NCBI RefSeq assembly: GCF_006345805.1 | Contig: NC_043010.1 | Coordinates: 52,576,001 to 52,640,000, forward strand | Origin: Octopus sinensis | Taxonomy: Eukaryota | DNA length: 64,000 bases | Direction of reading: 5' to 3' | The notes under the pieces: generated by a model | Told to the model about the DNA's origin: nothing | Seen by the model: the letters and a program-made list of their open reading frames with translations, nothing else | Database searches by the model: none | Program-made: the position numbers and the translations under genes | In this document: positions 27,377-39,380 of the stretch, piece by piece | Position numbering within the stretch: position 1 is the stretch's first letter | How the letters are laid out: each line of letters starts with the position of its first letter

Positions 27377-27561
27377 ACAATAGCATCCATCTTCACAGGC
27401 CGGTTGTTGCTGTTGTATTGTTGTTGCCCATCATGACCGAGTCGTTTGAAGACTGGTCGCCACCACCAACACTGACACTACCTCCAAGACTGCCACCTCC
27501 AGCTACAGGCACCAGATGGCGTTGGAGTTTGTGTTTGTTTGCCAACGGACAACCTGATGCA
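27377..27561 (-). CDS. Myt1: Myt1-family exon: end of the finger (SASGCPLANKHKLQRHL...), Gly-rich linker, then ...NNRPVKMDAIV; apparent 1-bp frameshift inside
   Basis: Acceptor tttcctttgttttcag|T completes AG|T (Ser) from the 63-nt exon, giving HRSASGCPLA, as in vertebrate MYT1L HRSASGCPLAAK. The likely donor is ATT GT|gtatga. The exon is 185 nt where a multiple of 3 is needed. An alternative in-frame weak donor ends the exon at 27397. Confidence 0.85.
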
Positions 27562-27990
27562 CTGAAAACAAAAGGAAACAAAAAAAAAAAAGACAAACAT
27601 AAATGTAAGAAGAGAGATTTTAGAGTGTGAAAGGTGAGGTTAAAGGTCAAAGAAATAAGAGGTTTGGGAAACCGGTGGTGTGTATGTTTGTGTGTGTGTG
27701 TGCGTGCGCACATGTATATGAATGTGTATTTGTTTTGTGTCTAATCTTTATGATGATAATCCTTATCTATTATAGGCACAAGACCTGAAATTTTGTGGGG
27801 AGTTGGGAGTCATAATTCGATTATATCAACTCCAGGTGTTCAGCTGGCATTTGTTATATTGACCCCGAAAGGCTGCAAGGTGAAGTCGGCCTTGGAGGAA
27901 TTTGAACACAGAATGTTAAGCTGAAAGAAATGCCACTAAGGCATTTTGTCCGACATGCTTACAGTTCCGCCAACTCCCCACCTCAGGGTC

Positions 27991-28045
<55 letters not shown>

Positions 28046-28049
<4 letters not shown>

Positions 28050-28164
28050 AAATGAAAAAGAATGATGATGATGATGATAGTGTTGTGAATATCTACAAGG
28101 ATGATCACAATAATGATGTTAAAAATGATGAAGATGATAGTATTGATAATGTTGTTAGTGTTGT

Positions 28165-28198
<34 letters not shown>

Positions 28199-28429
28199 GA
28201 TAATTATGAGGAGGAAGAGGAGGAGGATGGTGATGGTGACGGGGATGATGGTGATTATGCCAACAACGTTGATGATGATGATGATGATGACGACAAGGAC
28301 GACAAAGATGATGAGGAGAATGAGGATGATGATGATGATGAGGGAGGGGAGGAAGAGGTGGACGGTGATGGTGATGGTGATTATGCCAGCAACGATGATG
28401 ATAATGATGATGATGATGATTCAGTCTGA
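28046..28429. repeat. Degenerate (GAT/GAG)n trinucleotide tract following (AAT)n
   Basis: Low-complexity tract with an internal duplicated ggtgattatgcca(a/g)caacg block. Confidence 0.8.
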
Positions 28430-28494
28430 CAGATGGGGCAGTGCCCATTGCATCTGTAGCTTTCTCTGAAACTGGTAAAACTGATACCGGCTAA

Positions 28495-28960
28495 CCCTTC
28501 TGATACTAGGCTGCCTGAGACCACCACTGCTTCTATGATACTAACTTTTTTAAAGTGATCTAAATTTTAAATGTTCCACTAACTTAATGAGAAAGTTGGT
28601 TTGCTAAATTCTTCAAACATTTTAAAAATTGATCAAAATAACACTGTATTACAACAGGAGTATGGTAACGAAAGGGTTAAAGTGATCTAAATTAAAATTT
28701 ATAAAAGTTCCATGTTAATTTGCTCCAAATTCTAGCTTAATGACGAAGTTTGTTTCCTAAATTCTTGATTATTTTAAAAGATTAATTGGAACAATATCAG
28801 TGTATTTCAACATGAATATGGTAACAAAAGGGTTGAAGTGACCTACATTAGAATCTATAAAAATTTCATGTTAATTTGTTCCAAATACTAGTTTGATGAT
28901 AACAGAGTTAGTTTATTAATTCTTCAATATTTTAAAAATTAATTGAAACACTGGTGGTCA
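28495..28960. mobile_element. piggyBac-like MITE derivative with tandemly reiterated right half
   Basis: cccttc...gtaacgaaagggttaa, followed by two more decayed copies of the aagtgatctaaatt...ctaaattctt...aattgg unit. Confidence 0.5.
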
Positions 28961-29638
28961 AGCATGACCTTCGATCGTTGGGCCTCACAGAGGCAATGAC
29001 AAAAGATCAAGACCTCTGGAGATATGCTATGACTGCGAAGACCTGACAAATGAAGTGAGTTCATGGCTTGCAGGATGGCCTGCTGTGCTTACCTTGCATC
29101 GTAGGTTGACCTGCTGTGCTTGAGAAGACCTATTGAGTCAAGTACATCAGCATCAAAATAAAAATCAAATGGAAATTGTAGTTGTGATACCCATGCTAGT
29201 GGCATGTAAAAAGCACCATCCAAACGTGGCTGATGCCAGTGCCGCCTTGACTGGCGTCCGTGCCGGTGGCATGTAAAATGCATCAACCGATCATGGCTGT
29301 TGCCAGCCTCCTCTGGCTCCTGTGCTGGTGGCATGTAAAAAGCACCATCCGAATGTGGCTGATGCCAGTGCCACCTTGACTGGTGTCCGTGCCGGTGGCA
29401 CGTAAAAAGCACCAACCAATCATGGCCATTGCCAACCTCCTCTGGCCCCTGTGCTGGTGGCACATAAAAAGCACCCACAACATTCACGGAGTGGTTGGCA
29501 TTAGGAAGGGCATCCAGCTGTAGAAACACTGCCAGACCAGACAGGAGCCTGGTGCAGCTGCCTGGCTTCCCAGACCCCGGTTGAACCGTCCAACCCATGC
29601 TAGCATAGAAAACGGACGTTAAATGATGATGATGATGA
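28958..29638 (+). mobile_element. RTE LINE 3' end with a 129-bp dimeric internal array
   Basis: HDLRSLGLTEAMTKDQDLWRYAMTAKT* plus the shared 3' terminus and (GAT)n tail. Confidence 0.8.
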
Positions 29639-31073
29639 CTGGCAGCATCTCGAAACAAGAATGTGGTGATGAAAGGATTAATGTTCTAATTGAATATCTG
29701 TGAAGTGATGGCTGTGGGGTTAAAAATCAGAGGCATGAGAGAATTTCAGAGGGTTGATGAATTAAGAAGAAAAGTCTTGATGTAGAGGATAGCAGGTGTA
29801 GAGGACAGAATATGGGTGATGAAAAGAAGAGAGACACAATTGTGAATGTCTGAGCAGGGATGGTATGATACCAGACAGCTACAAAGAGCAGATGCCATTG
29901 TAATAGCTAATGGTAGTTGAAAAAGTAGAGCAAGGAGACAGCTCATCTGAGGAACAAGATGCTGGAGAGTGTTTGCAATGATTCACTTTGTGCAAATAAA
30001 CTGGGAGGCCTTCACAGTAGTGGTGGTGATGGTGGGGGGTGGTGTTTATGTGTTTTAGAATGTTTCTATTGGGTACGAATACTTCAAGTGGACACTGTGT
30101 CTTTTCTGAAACCCGCACCCTAAAATCTCATGTAATAGCTAGCACCAATCAATTATGGCCACTAAGGTGTAAGCCTATGTTAAATAACACTGTGTAACAA
30201 GATTTTAATTTTCTTTTTGTGTCTAAGATCACTAAGTGTTATTTCCTATTTTTTTCTATCTAGAAATCAAAGGAAATGGCTACTATTCCCTTCAAACTTT
30301 GCTTTTGTGACCTGGATATCAGTGTTTTCTAACTGACCTTTTTTCCATTACATTTCAGACAGATTCAGTGCTGAGTTACAAAAGTAGAATTTTCAAGAAC
30401 TTTCTAGAAATTTCTAAAAGTTTCAACAATTTTTAGAACTTTCTGGCAAGTCTATTAAATACAGGGATCATAAACTCATCAGTCCAGTTTACTTCTAGCT
30501 GTCCAAGTGGAGACAAGTTTGAGGATGATGATGTTGATGATGATGTTGATGATGATGAGGTAGAAGAGGAGGTCATGGAAGAAGAGGTGGAGGAGCTGGA
30601 AGATGAGGATGATTATGATGAGGAAGCAGCAATGTAGTTTTGTGATGATGATGATGGAGTAACTATTAATTGCTATTTGATATCAATGATGATGATAATG
30701 ATCCTTTTTCCTGCGTAACATTGTCAGTGCATTTACAATAAACATTCAGAGATGTTCACTGATTGGGAATTAATCAATACATGCATCAATGTCACGCATC
30801 ACTGCACACACCAATTGCAGACAATGCTGTAAACATCACTGCACATCTACTCATCTGAAAACCATTAATGCATGACTGGTGTACACATGTAATGCACACA
30901 TAACTGCACATCTCAATGTTACCATCAATGCATGCATGCATGCATGAACACAACCATGCATGCACCAATGCAAACATTTATGCATGCATCAATGCACACT
31001 TTGCACATATCACTGTAAACATCATCTTAAGTATCATTACACGTGTTAACAACACATATCTTAATACATGTTA

Positions 31074-31484
31074 GGCGCAGGAATGGCTGTGTGGTAAGTA
31101 GCTTGTTTACCAACCACATGGTTCCGGGTTCAGTCCCACTGCGTGGCACCTTGGGCAAGTGTCTTCTACTATAGCTTCGGGCCGACCAAAGCCTTGTGAG
31201 TGAATTTGGTAGACGGAAACTGAAAGAAGCCCGTCGTATATATGTATATATATATATATATACATGTATGTGTGTCTGTGTTTGTCCCCTTAGCATTGCT
31301 TGACAACCGATGCTAGTGTGTTTATGTCCCCGTCATTTGGCGGTTCGGCAAAAGAGACCGATAGAATAAATACTGGGCTTACAAAGAATAAGTCCCGGGG
31401 TCGAGTTGCTCGACTAAAGGCGGTGCTCCAGCATGGCCGCAGTCAAATGACTGAAACAAGTAAAAGAGTAAAAGAGTAAAGAGT
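31074..31484 (+). mobile_element. tRNA-derived SINE family A, full-length reference copy
   Basis: A box tggctgtgtggt, B box ggttcagtcc, internal (TA/TG)n, and an (aaagagt)n tail. Confidence 0.85.
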
Positions 31485-31715
31485 ACACACTGAAGCATGC
31501 ATCAAAGTGCACATCAATTTGCACATCAGTGCATGCATCAATGCACACTTCAATGCATGCACCCATGTAAACACTGGTACTTAATTTATTGACCCCGAAA
31601 GGATAATAGGCAAAGTTGACCTCGGCGGAATTTGAACTCAGAATGTGGTGATGGGTGAAATACCACACAGCGTTTCATCCAGCATGCGAACGACTCTGCC
31701 AGATCGGCACCTTCT

Positions 31716-31747
<32 letters not shown>

Positions 31748-31963
31748 CCTTTCTACTGAGGGCACAAAGCCTCAAATTTTGGGGGAGGGGACTAGTCGAT
31801 TACATCGACCCCAGCGTTTCACTGGTACTTAATTTATCAACCCCGAAAGAATGAAAGGCAAAGTTGACCACGGTGGAATTTGAACTCAGAATGTAGTGAC
31901 AGGCAAACTACCAATAAGCATTTCATCCAGTATGCTAATGATTCTGCCAGCTTGTCGCCTTCT

Positions 31964-32019
<56 letters not shown>

Positions 32020-32973
32020 TATACAAGTAATTTTATTAACCCTGAAAGGATGAGAGACAAAGTTTACCCTGGCAGCATATGAATGCCTTCATGGGTTTAG
32101 TCAAAGAAATCAAATCCCATTCCTTATTTTTATAGTTTGGTACTTATTCTATCAGTCTTTTTTTGGTCAGACTGCTGAATTAAGGAGATGTAAATAAACC
32201 AACACTGGTTGCGAAGTGGTCAAGTGGACAAACACAAACACACACATACATATACATGTACACAAGAACACACACATATAAACACACGCATGCATATACA
32301 CATATGCATTCATATATATGCATACACACACACATATAAATATACACATGATAAGATGCCACATAGATTCCACTAAATTCACTCAAAAGGCATTGGTCAG
32401 CCAAAGGCAATAGTAGACAACACTTGCCTAAAGTGGCATATGGTGGGATTGAACCAGAAACTACATGGTTACAAAGTGAGCTTCTTAATTACCTAAATTC
32501 CACCAAATTTACTCATAAGACATTGGCTAGCCTAGGGCGATAGCAGACAAAACTTGCCCAAGGTGCCCTGTGGTGGGACTGAACTCAAAACCCCATGGCT
32601 GCAAAGCAAGCTTCTTAACCACATAGGCCTGCCAACATCTACAAGCCATGTCTGTGCTTACATACTTTAGAATTGTGGGGAGGGGCAGGGACCAACCAAC
32701 AAAAAACACCAACAACAGCAAATGAAAAAACACCACATAGAAAAAACTCAGAAAATAAAATTTGTAGCAAACAACCAGAGTTGTACTAAACCAACAAATG
32801 GAATAGATAAGAAAATAAATTTTAAAAAAAATATTCAAAAATCAACAGAGAACAGAATATTTTTTAAAACATTGGTGAAAAAATATGTAAAATAAAAGTG
32901 AAATATAATCATTGAAAATAACAAAATTTCTAAAAATACAAATATGAAAATAGAGAAACGGATCCTTTTCTAG

Positions 32974-33009
<36 letters not shown>

Positions 33010-33314
33010 CACCACCACCACCACTACTACTACTACTACTCTACCACCATCACTACCACTACTATTGCTACTGCTATCAATACCAATACCAGCAGCAGCA
33101 CCACCACCACCGCCACTACCACCAGCATCACTATTTGAGAGTAGAGGAGGTGGGGTTAGTTGGTTACATTGGACCCCAGTGCGCAGCTGTTATTTATTTT
33201 ATCAAGGATGAAAGGCACAGTTGACCACAGTGGGATTTGAACTCGGAATGTAAAGAGCCAGAAAAAATGCAGCTAAGCATTCTGTCTGATGCTTTAACGA
33301 TTCTGCCAGTTCTG

Positions 33315-33660
33315 GCCATGCTGGAGCATCACCTTTAGTCGAGCAAATTGACCCCAGGACTTATTCTTTGTGAGCCTTGAACTTATTCTATCGGTCTCTT
33401 TTGCCGAACTGCTAAGTTACGGGGACGTAAACACACCAACATCGGTTGTCAAGCAATGTTGATGGGGCAAACATATACACACACATACATACATGTATAT
33501 GACAGGCTTCTTCCAGCTTCCGTCTACCAAATCCACTCACAAGGCATTGGTTGGCCTAACGCTATAGTAGAAGACATTTGCCCAAGGTGCCATGCAGTGG
33601 GACTGAACCCGGAACCATGTGGTTCGTAAGCAAGCTACTTACCACACAGCCACTCCTACG
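33315..33660 (-). mobile_element. tRNA-derived SINE family A, near full length
   Basis: Reverse complement of 31074-31484. Confidence 0.8.
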
Positions 33661-34161
33661 ACTTGAAAAAAAAGAAACAATAATAATAATGATGATGATT
33701 TCAAATTTTTGCCACAAGGATTTGAACTCATAATAAAAAGGCTTGGAATTAATACAGCAAGAAATTTCTTTCTAGTGTATGTTCTAATTGTTTTGACACC
33801 TGATAACTATACTTAAATTTATTTCTAACACAAGAACAAGCCCATGAAATTTGGGTAGGGATGGGGTGGGGTTTGCGTTAGTCTTAGCAACTTTTGCTAA
33901 GTGGCAGTGGCACAAAAAAAAAAAAACAGAAAAAGAAAAAAAAAAATGCACCCAGTACACTCTGTGAAGTTGGATGGCTTTAGGAAGAGCATCCAGCCAT
34001 AGAAACCGTGCGAAAGCCGACGATGAGACTTGATGCAGCCATGCAACTCATTGGATCATTTCAAACTGTCCAATGGACGTTAAACGGTGATGATGACAAT
34101 GATAATGAACATGATGGTGGTGGTGGCGGCGGAGGTGGTGATGATGGTGATGATGGTGATG

Positions 34162-34193
<32 letters not shown>

Positions 34194-34360
34194 GATTCCT
34201 GCACTTGATAGGGTACTTTATTTTGATAACCACGGATGGCAAAGCCAGCCTCAGTTGTGTATTTGAACACAAAACATTAATAAAGAAAAAAAAAACAGAG
34301 CATAAGTAACAGCAGTTGCTGCCACTGCTGCTGCTACTGCTACTGCTATTACTACTACCA

Positions 34361-34405
<45 letters not shown>

Positions 34406-34769
34406 GTATTACTACTAGTGATAACAGCAAAGTATGACAGAGAACACAAACAGAAATTGACAAAAAAATGCAAAAATTATTACATTGAATTTTAGAAAAA
34501 AGAACTGCATTCACTTAATTGGGTATTTATTTGTGTGTATGCGTGTTTATATGTACATTGTGTTTGTGTATATGTGTGTGTGAGAATGTGTATGAATACA
34601 CATACATGTGTCAATAGATATACATATATGCATATACATATCTAAGCTACATATCCATAAATCTGTGCATGCATATGTCGGTTTGTGTAAATATTCATAA
34701 CTACATGCATACTTATACATACATATGTTCACAAATATATATATATTTCTACAAAGCTATATATATATA

Positions 34770-34827
<58 letters not shown>

Positions 34828-34834
34828 AGATCGC

Positions 34835-35000
34835 TAGCCACTACACATTCATTATTTTCTCTCCCTGTTTCTTTCTGTGAAAGAGCATAGGCTCGAAATG
34901 TTAAAGACTTTTTCACTTCCCAAGCATTAAACTAATATATCTGTTTGTTGTCTACACCACCTCTCTTCGTCTTTTGTTTTTTTTTTTGTGAATTCTCCCC
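34835..35000 (+). mobile_element. Short interspersed repeat resembling a Penelope-like terminal repeat remnant
   Basis: Core gaa(a)gagc(g/a)taggctcgaaa(c/t)gt(t/a)aaagact recurs at ~40220-40410, 43440-43600, 58590-58770 and 61670-61850, and reversed at ~12060-12200. The Penelope assignment is from recall of such termini only. Confidence 0.45.
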
Positions 35001-35490
35001 CTATATATGGACAGACTGATGCATATATATATATAAATATGGACAGACAGATGCATATCCATAGGTATGTGTTTGTACACATATATATGATTGTATGTAT
35101 GTATATATATATATATATATGTGTGTGCGTGTGTGTGTGTGTGGTGTGTGTGTGTGTGTATGTGTGAGTGTGTGTGTGTAAATGTCAAACAATGAAATGA
35201 GTGCTCAGCACTGCATTGGTGGATATATTATTTCTTTATTTGTGAATTAAGGCTACCATTAGTTTCATGTTAAGAAAAGTAGGGAAATAACCTAGGGTCT
35301 TAACAATTTTTGAAGCCAATCACATAGAAACAGGTGTTCACCTCCATTTTGGAAACTGTATCCAAAATAAAGGCAAACACCTTTCTCTATGTGATCGGCT
35401 TCAAACATTGTTAAGACATGAGCATATTTTCCTACTTTCCCTACATGAAACCAATGGTAGCCTTAATCTAGAAATAAAGAAATATAATTA

Positions 35491-35803
35491 TAAAGAATAT
35501 AAAGTTTTGAATGGTACAACAATGCACTATAATACAGACAATGGGCTATATATATATATATATATATATACCTGTTGTAATTTAGTAATCTATAGTCTGA
35601 TAATATTTCGGAATAAAATTCCTTCTTCAGACATTCTTAGATGCAGCGACTCCATCTAAGAATATCTGAAGAAAGAATTTTATTCCGAAATATTATCAGA
35701 TTATAGATGACTAAATTACAAGAGGTATATATATATATATATATATAGCCCATTGTTTGTATTATAGAGCATTGTTGTACTGTTTAAAACTTTTTATTCT
35801 TTA
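35491..35803. repeat. Foldback palindrome, ~150-bp arms, 9-nt loop
   Basis: Arms 35491-35643 and 35653-35803 are reverse complements, including mirrored (TA)n tracts. Confidence 0.9.
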
Positions 35804-36369
35804 CAAACAATACATAATGCTTCAAGCGAACTACAATACTCTCCTAAATATAATTATATATATATATACGTACGTACACATACATCTAAGGTGGTATCAA
35901 AAAGCTCTTGGACTACTTATGTTTCTTATTTCTTTATTGCCCACAAGAGGCTAAACATAGAGGGGACAAACAAGGAATTAAGTTGATTAGATCGACCCCA
36001 GTGTGTAACTGGTACTTAATTTATCGACCCCAAAGGGATGAGAGGCAAAGTCGACCTCAGTGGAGTTTGAACTTAGAATGTAAAGACAGACGAAATACCG
36101 CTAAGCATTTCGCCCGGGATGCTAAAATTTCTTATTTCTTTATTGCCCGTAAGGGGCTAAACAACGACAGACAAAGGGAATAAGTCGAATACATCAACCC
36201 CAGTGCATAACTGGTACTTAATTTCTCGACCCAAAAGGATGAAAGGCAAAGTTGACCTTGGCGGAATTTGAACTCAGAACATAACTGCAGACAAAATACC
36301 ACTAAGCATTTCAGCCGGCATGCAAACATTTCTGCCAGCTCACCGCATTAACTACTTATGCTTCTTGAT

Positions 36370-36860
36370 CTCAGCAACGGTGACCTGTGAGCAGCACTTT
36401 AATCTTGGGGAAGAGATGAAAGTCTGCCGGTACTAAATCTGGCAAACAGGGTGAGTACGGAAATGATACCATGCTGTTTTGACGAAAATCTCACAAGTGA
36501 GGTGTCAGGTGTCAGAGTGCATTCTTTGCACTCCACCGATCCAATCACTTTTGCCAAATGTCCCCCCACAAACACTTCAAAATGCCACAGTAGAACAATT
36601 GATTGATGGTCTGGCCCTGGGGGATGAATTCTCGATGCATAATACCACGGATGTCAAAAAAACAAAAAAAACGATGAGCAGGTTCTTGAATGAACATGCA
36701 GGTCTGTTGTCAGTTTTTGAAACACACATGTCACTTGAAACATTGCATAAGACCCATTGCCTCGTCGCCGTAATCTTGCTGAAGTATGCTCAATATCTCT
36801 GTAGCAGACTTTGCAAGTTTAAGGCAAAAATCACGTGGGATCTTTGTTCCTATCCATGAC
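36370..36860 (-). mobile_element. Internally deleted mariner transposase pseudogene
   Basis: Minus strand: FCLKLAKSATEILSILQQDYGDEAMGLMQCFK*HVCFK (HTH), FFDIRGIMHREFIPQGQTINQLFYCGILK (catalytic domain) and FPYSPCLPDLVPADFHLFPKIK (YSPDL region). Confidence 0.85.
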
Positions 36861-37633
36861 AAAATAGCAGACTACAGTATATATATATGTGATCACGAAA
36901 ACACAAATTTCACGACTTGCGAAGTAAACACAGCAACATCACTCAAGCACACTGCCTGATAAAGCTCACTGCTAGCTCTCACTGGACACTCTCTTTTGCT
37001 TGTTTCAGTCATTTGACTGTGGCCATGCTGGAGCACTGCCTTTAGTCAAGCAAATCGACCCCAGGACTTATTCTTTGTAAGCCTAGTACTTATTCTATTG
37101 GTCTCTTTTGCTGAGCTGCTAACTTACGGGGATGTAAACATACCAGCATCAGTTGTCAAGCGATGTTGGGGGGAACAAACACAGACACACAAACATATAC
37201 GCACACATATACATATATATATACATATATATGCGACGGGCTTCCTTTAGTTTCCGTCTACCAAATCCACTCACAAAGTTTTGGTCGGCCTGAGGCTGTA
37301 GTAGAAGACTCTTGCCCAAGATGCCATGCAGTGGGACTGAACCCGGAACCATGCACTGCATACTTATTATATTGGTTTCTTCTTGCTGAACAGCTAGCTT
37401 ACAGGGATGTATACAAACCAATACCAGTTGTCAAGCAGTGGTCAGGGGACAAACACAAAGAAACACACACACATGACAAGCTTCTTTTCAGTTTCCATCT
37501 ACCAAATGCACTTACAATGCTTTGGTCAACCTGTGGTTATAGCTGAAGTTACTTGCCCAAAGGGCCAAGCAGCGGGACTGAACCTGGAACATGTGGTTGG
37601 GAAGCAAATTTCTTACCACAAGTCACACACATG

Positions 37634-37664
<31 letters not shown>

Positions 37665-37701
37665 TCCATCTGTCTATGTACATCTATATCTATATATATG
37701 T

Positions 37702-38026
37702 AAATCAAAATAAGCAACAAGGATATCAGGAGGTAATGCAGTACAATCGTTTCAAGCAACCCTATTTTATTGAACAATGCAATCATTACATCAATTTAAA
37801 TGCAGAGCAATCTTCAGCTGCATAAAGACATAGAATTTAATTAAATTAAAACAGATGGACACATTAGTATAATTTTATCTAATTTGATCAAATTCTATGT
37901 CTTTATGCAGCTGAGGATTGCTCTGCATTTAAATTGATGTAATGATTGCATTGTTCAATTAAATGGAGATGCTTGAAACAATCGTACTGTATTACCTCTG
38001 GATATCTTTGTTGCTTATTTTGATTT
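37702..38026. repeat. Foldback palindrome, ~145-bp arms
   Basis: aaatcaaaataagcaacaaggatatc...ctgcataaagacatagaatt versus aattctatgtctttatgcag...gatatctttgttgcttattttgattt. Confidence 0.9.
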
Positions 38027-38899
38027 TAATCCCGTATTTTGAAATTGTTTGGATAATACCATACTAAGTTCTGGTGCCTCAACTTAGGTACCATATTCAT
38101 CTGAATCTAAATTTTTGCTGAACTTGTCTATATATATATGTATGTATTTATGTGTGTATGTTTGTTCATGTGCATATCTTTTGGTTTGTATTTCCATCTA
38201 ACTGCTTGATGATGTGTTGGTTTGTTTGCATCCTTGTAATTTAGAGGTTTTGGTAAAATGAAACCAATGAAACAAAACTTTTCAAACTAAAAACTAGAGT
38301 CAAATGTCAAGCTAATCAACAAAAACCCTTTAAGGTGATGCTCCAGTATGACCACAGTGCAATGATTGAAGCAATTAAAAGAATAAAAGTATAATATAGT
38401 TATAGTATATTCTTTATCAATATCAGCCAGAGGGCTGTGGCCATGCTGGGGCTCTGTCATGTAACTAAATTTTAGTTTCAAATCTTAGTTCTAAATTTTC
38501 CACCCAATCAAAATTATTTCAAAATTCTTGCAAATCAGGAAGTTTCAGGTATTGGATGGCGACCATGCTGGGGCACTTAATTGAAGGGTTTTGATTGAAT
38601 GAATTGACACCAGTCTCATACTTATTCTCTAGTCCAATTTTGCAGAAATGCTAAGTTATGGGGTTGGAAACAAACCAACACCAGCTGTCAGGCAGTGTGT
38701 GTGTGAGGGTGTGTGTCTGTGTGCGTGCGATAAAGAGAGACATAAAGGCACATAAATACAGACATTACACACACACACACACACCCATATATATATATAT
38801 ATGTGATAGGCCTCCAAATACTTTACATGTACTATGTGGCTTATAAATATATATATATATATGTGTGTAAAACTACAGATACCTATATATATATTGCAT

Positions 38900-39380
38900 A
38901 TATATATATTTGTGTGTGTGTGTACATATATATATACATATACACACACATATATATGTGTGTGTATCAAACGCACTACCTCATGATTGAGAGCCATGTG
39001 CCTATATATAAAATATATATATACATATGTGTGTGTATATATGCATATATCTATATGTACATAAATATGTTTGTGGGTCTGTACATATATATATACATAT
39101 ACACACACACATATATATATGTGTGTGTATCAAATGCACTACCTCATGATTGAGAGCCATGTGCCTATATATATATATAAAATATATATATACATATATA
39201 CACATGTGTGTATATATGCATATATCTGTATGTTCATAAATATGTTTGTGGGTGTGTACATATATATATATATACATATATACGCACATATATATATGTG
39301 TATATATATATATATGTGTGTGTATCAACCGCACTACCTCATGATTGAGAGCCATGTGCCTATATATATATATAAAATAT
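38900..39380. repeat. Tandem repeat: three ~160-195 bp microsatellite-rich units with a unique core
   Basis: cactacctcatgattgagagccatgtgcc at 38974, 39137 and 39332. Confidence 0.85.

Noticed and set aside
27393-27395. Stop-codon rescue by A-to-I editing (UGA to UGG)
   Set aside because: Read-through would stay out of frame with the downstream donor and would not produce the conserved RPVKMDAIV motif.
28046-28429. Acidic Asp/Glu-rich 127-aa protein
   Set aside because: Translation of a degenerate (GAT)n tract starting straight after (AAT)n, with no splice or domain support. The same applies to 30520-30637 and 34008-34208.
29193-29475. CRISPR array
   Set aside because: Spacers alternate between two recurring types, the array is inside a eukaryotic LINE 3' UTR, and no cas genes are present.
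29746-30118. Minus-strand His-rich ORFs
   Set aside because: The plus strand shows weak resemblance to a decayed RTE ORF end (RVDELRRK..DVEDSRCR). No exon support.
36479-36859. 126-aa plus-strand ORF (MTKISQVRC...)
   Set aside because: It is the antisense shadow of a mariner transposase pseudogene on the minus strand.
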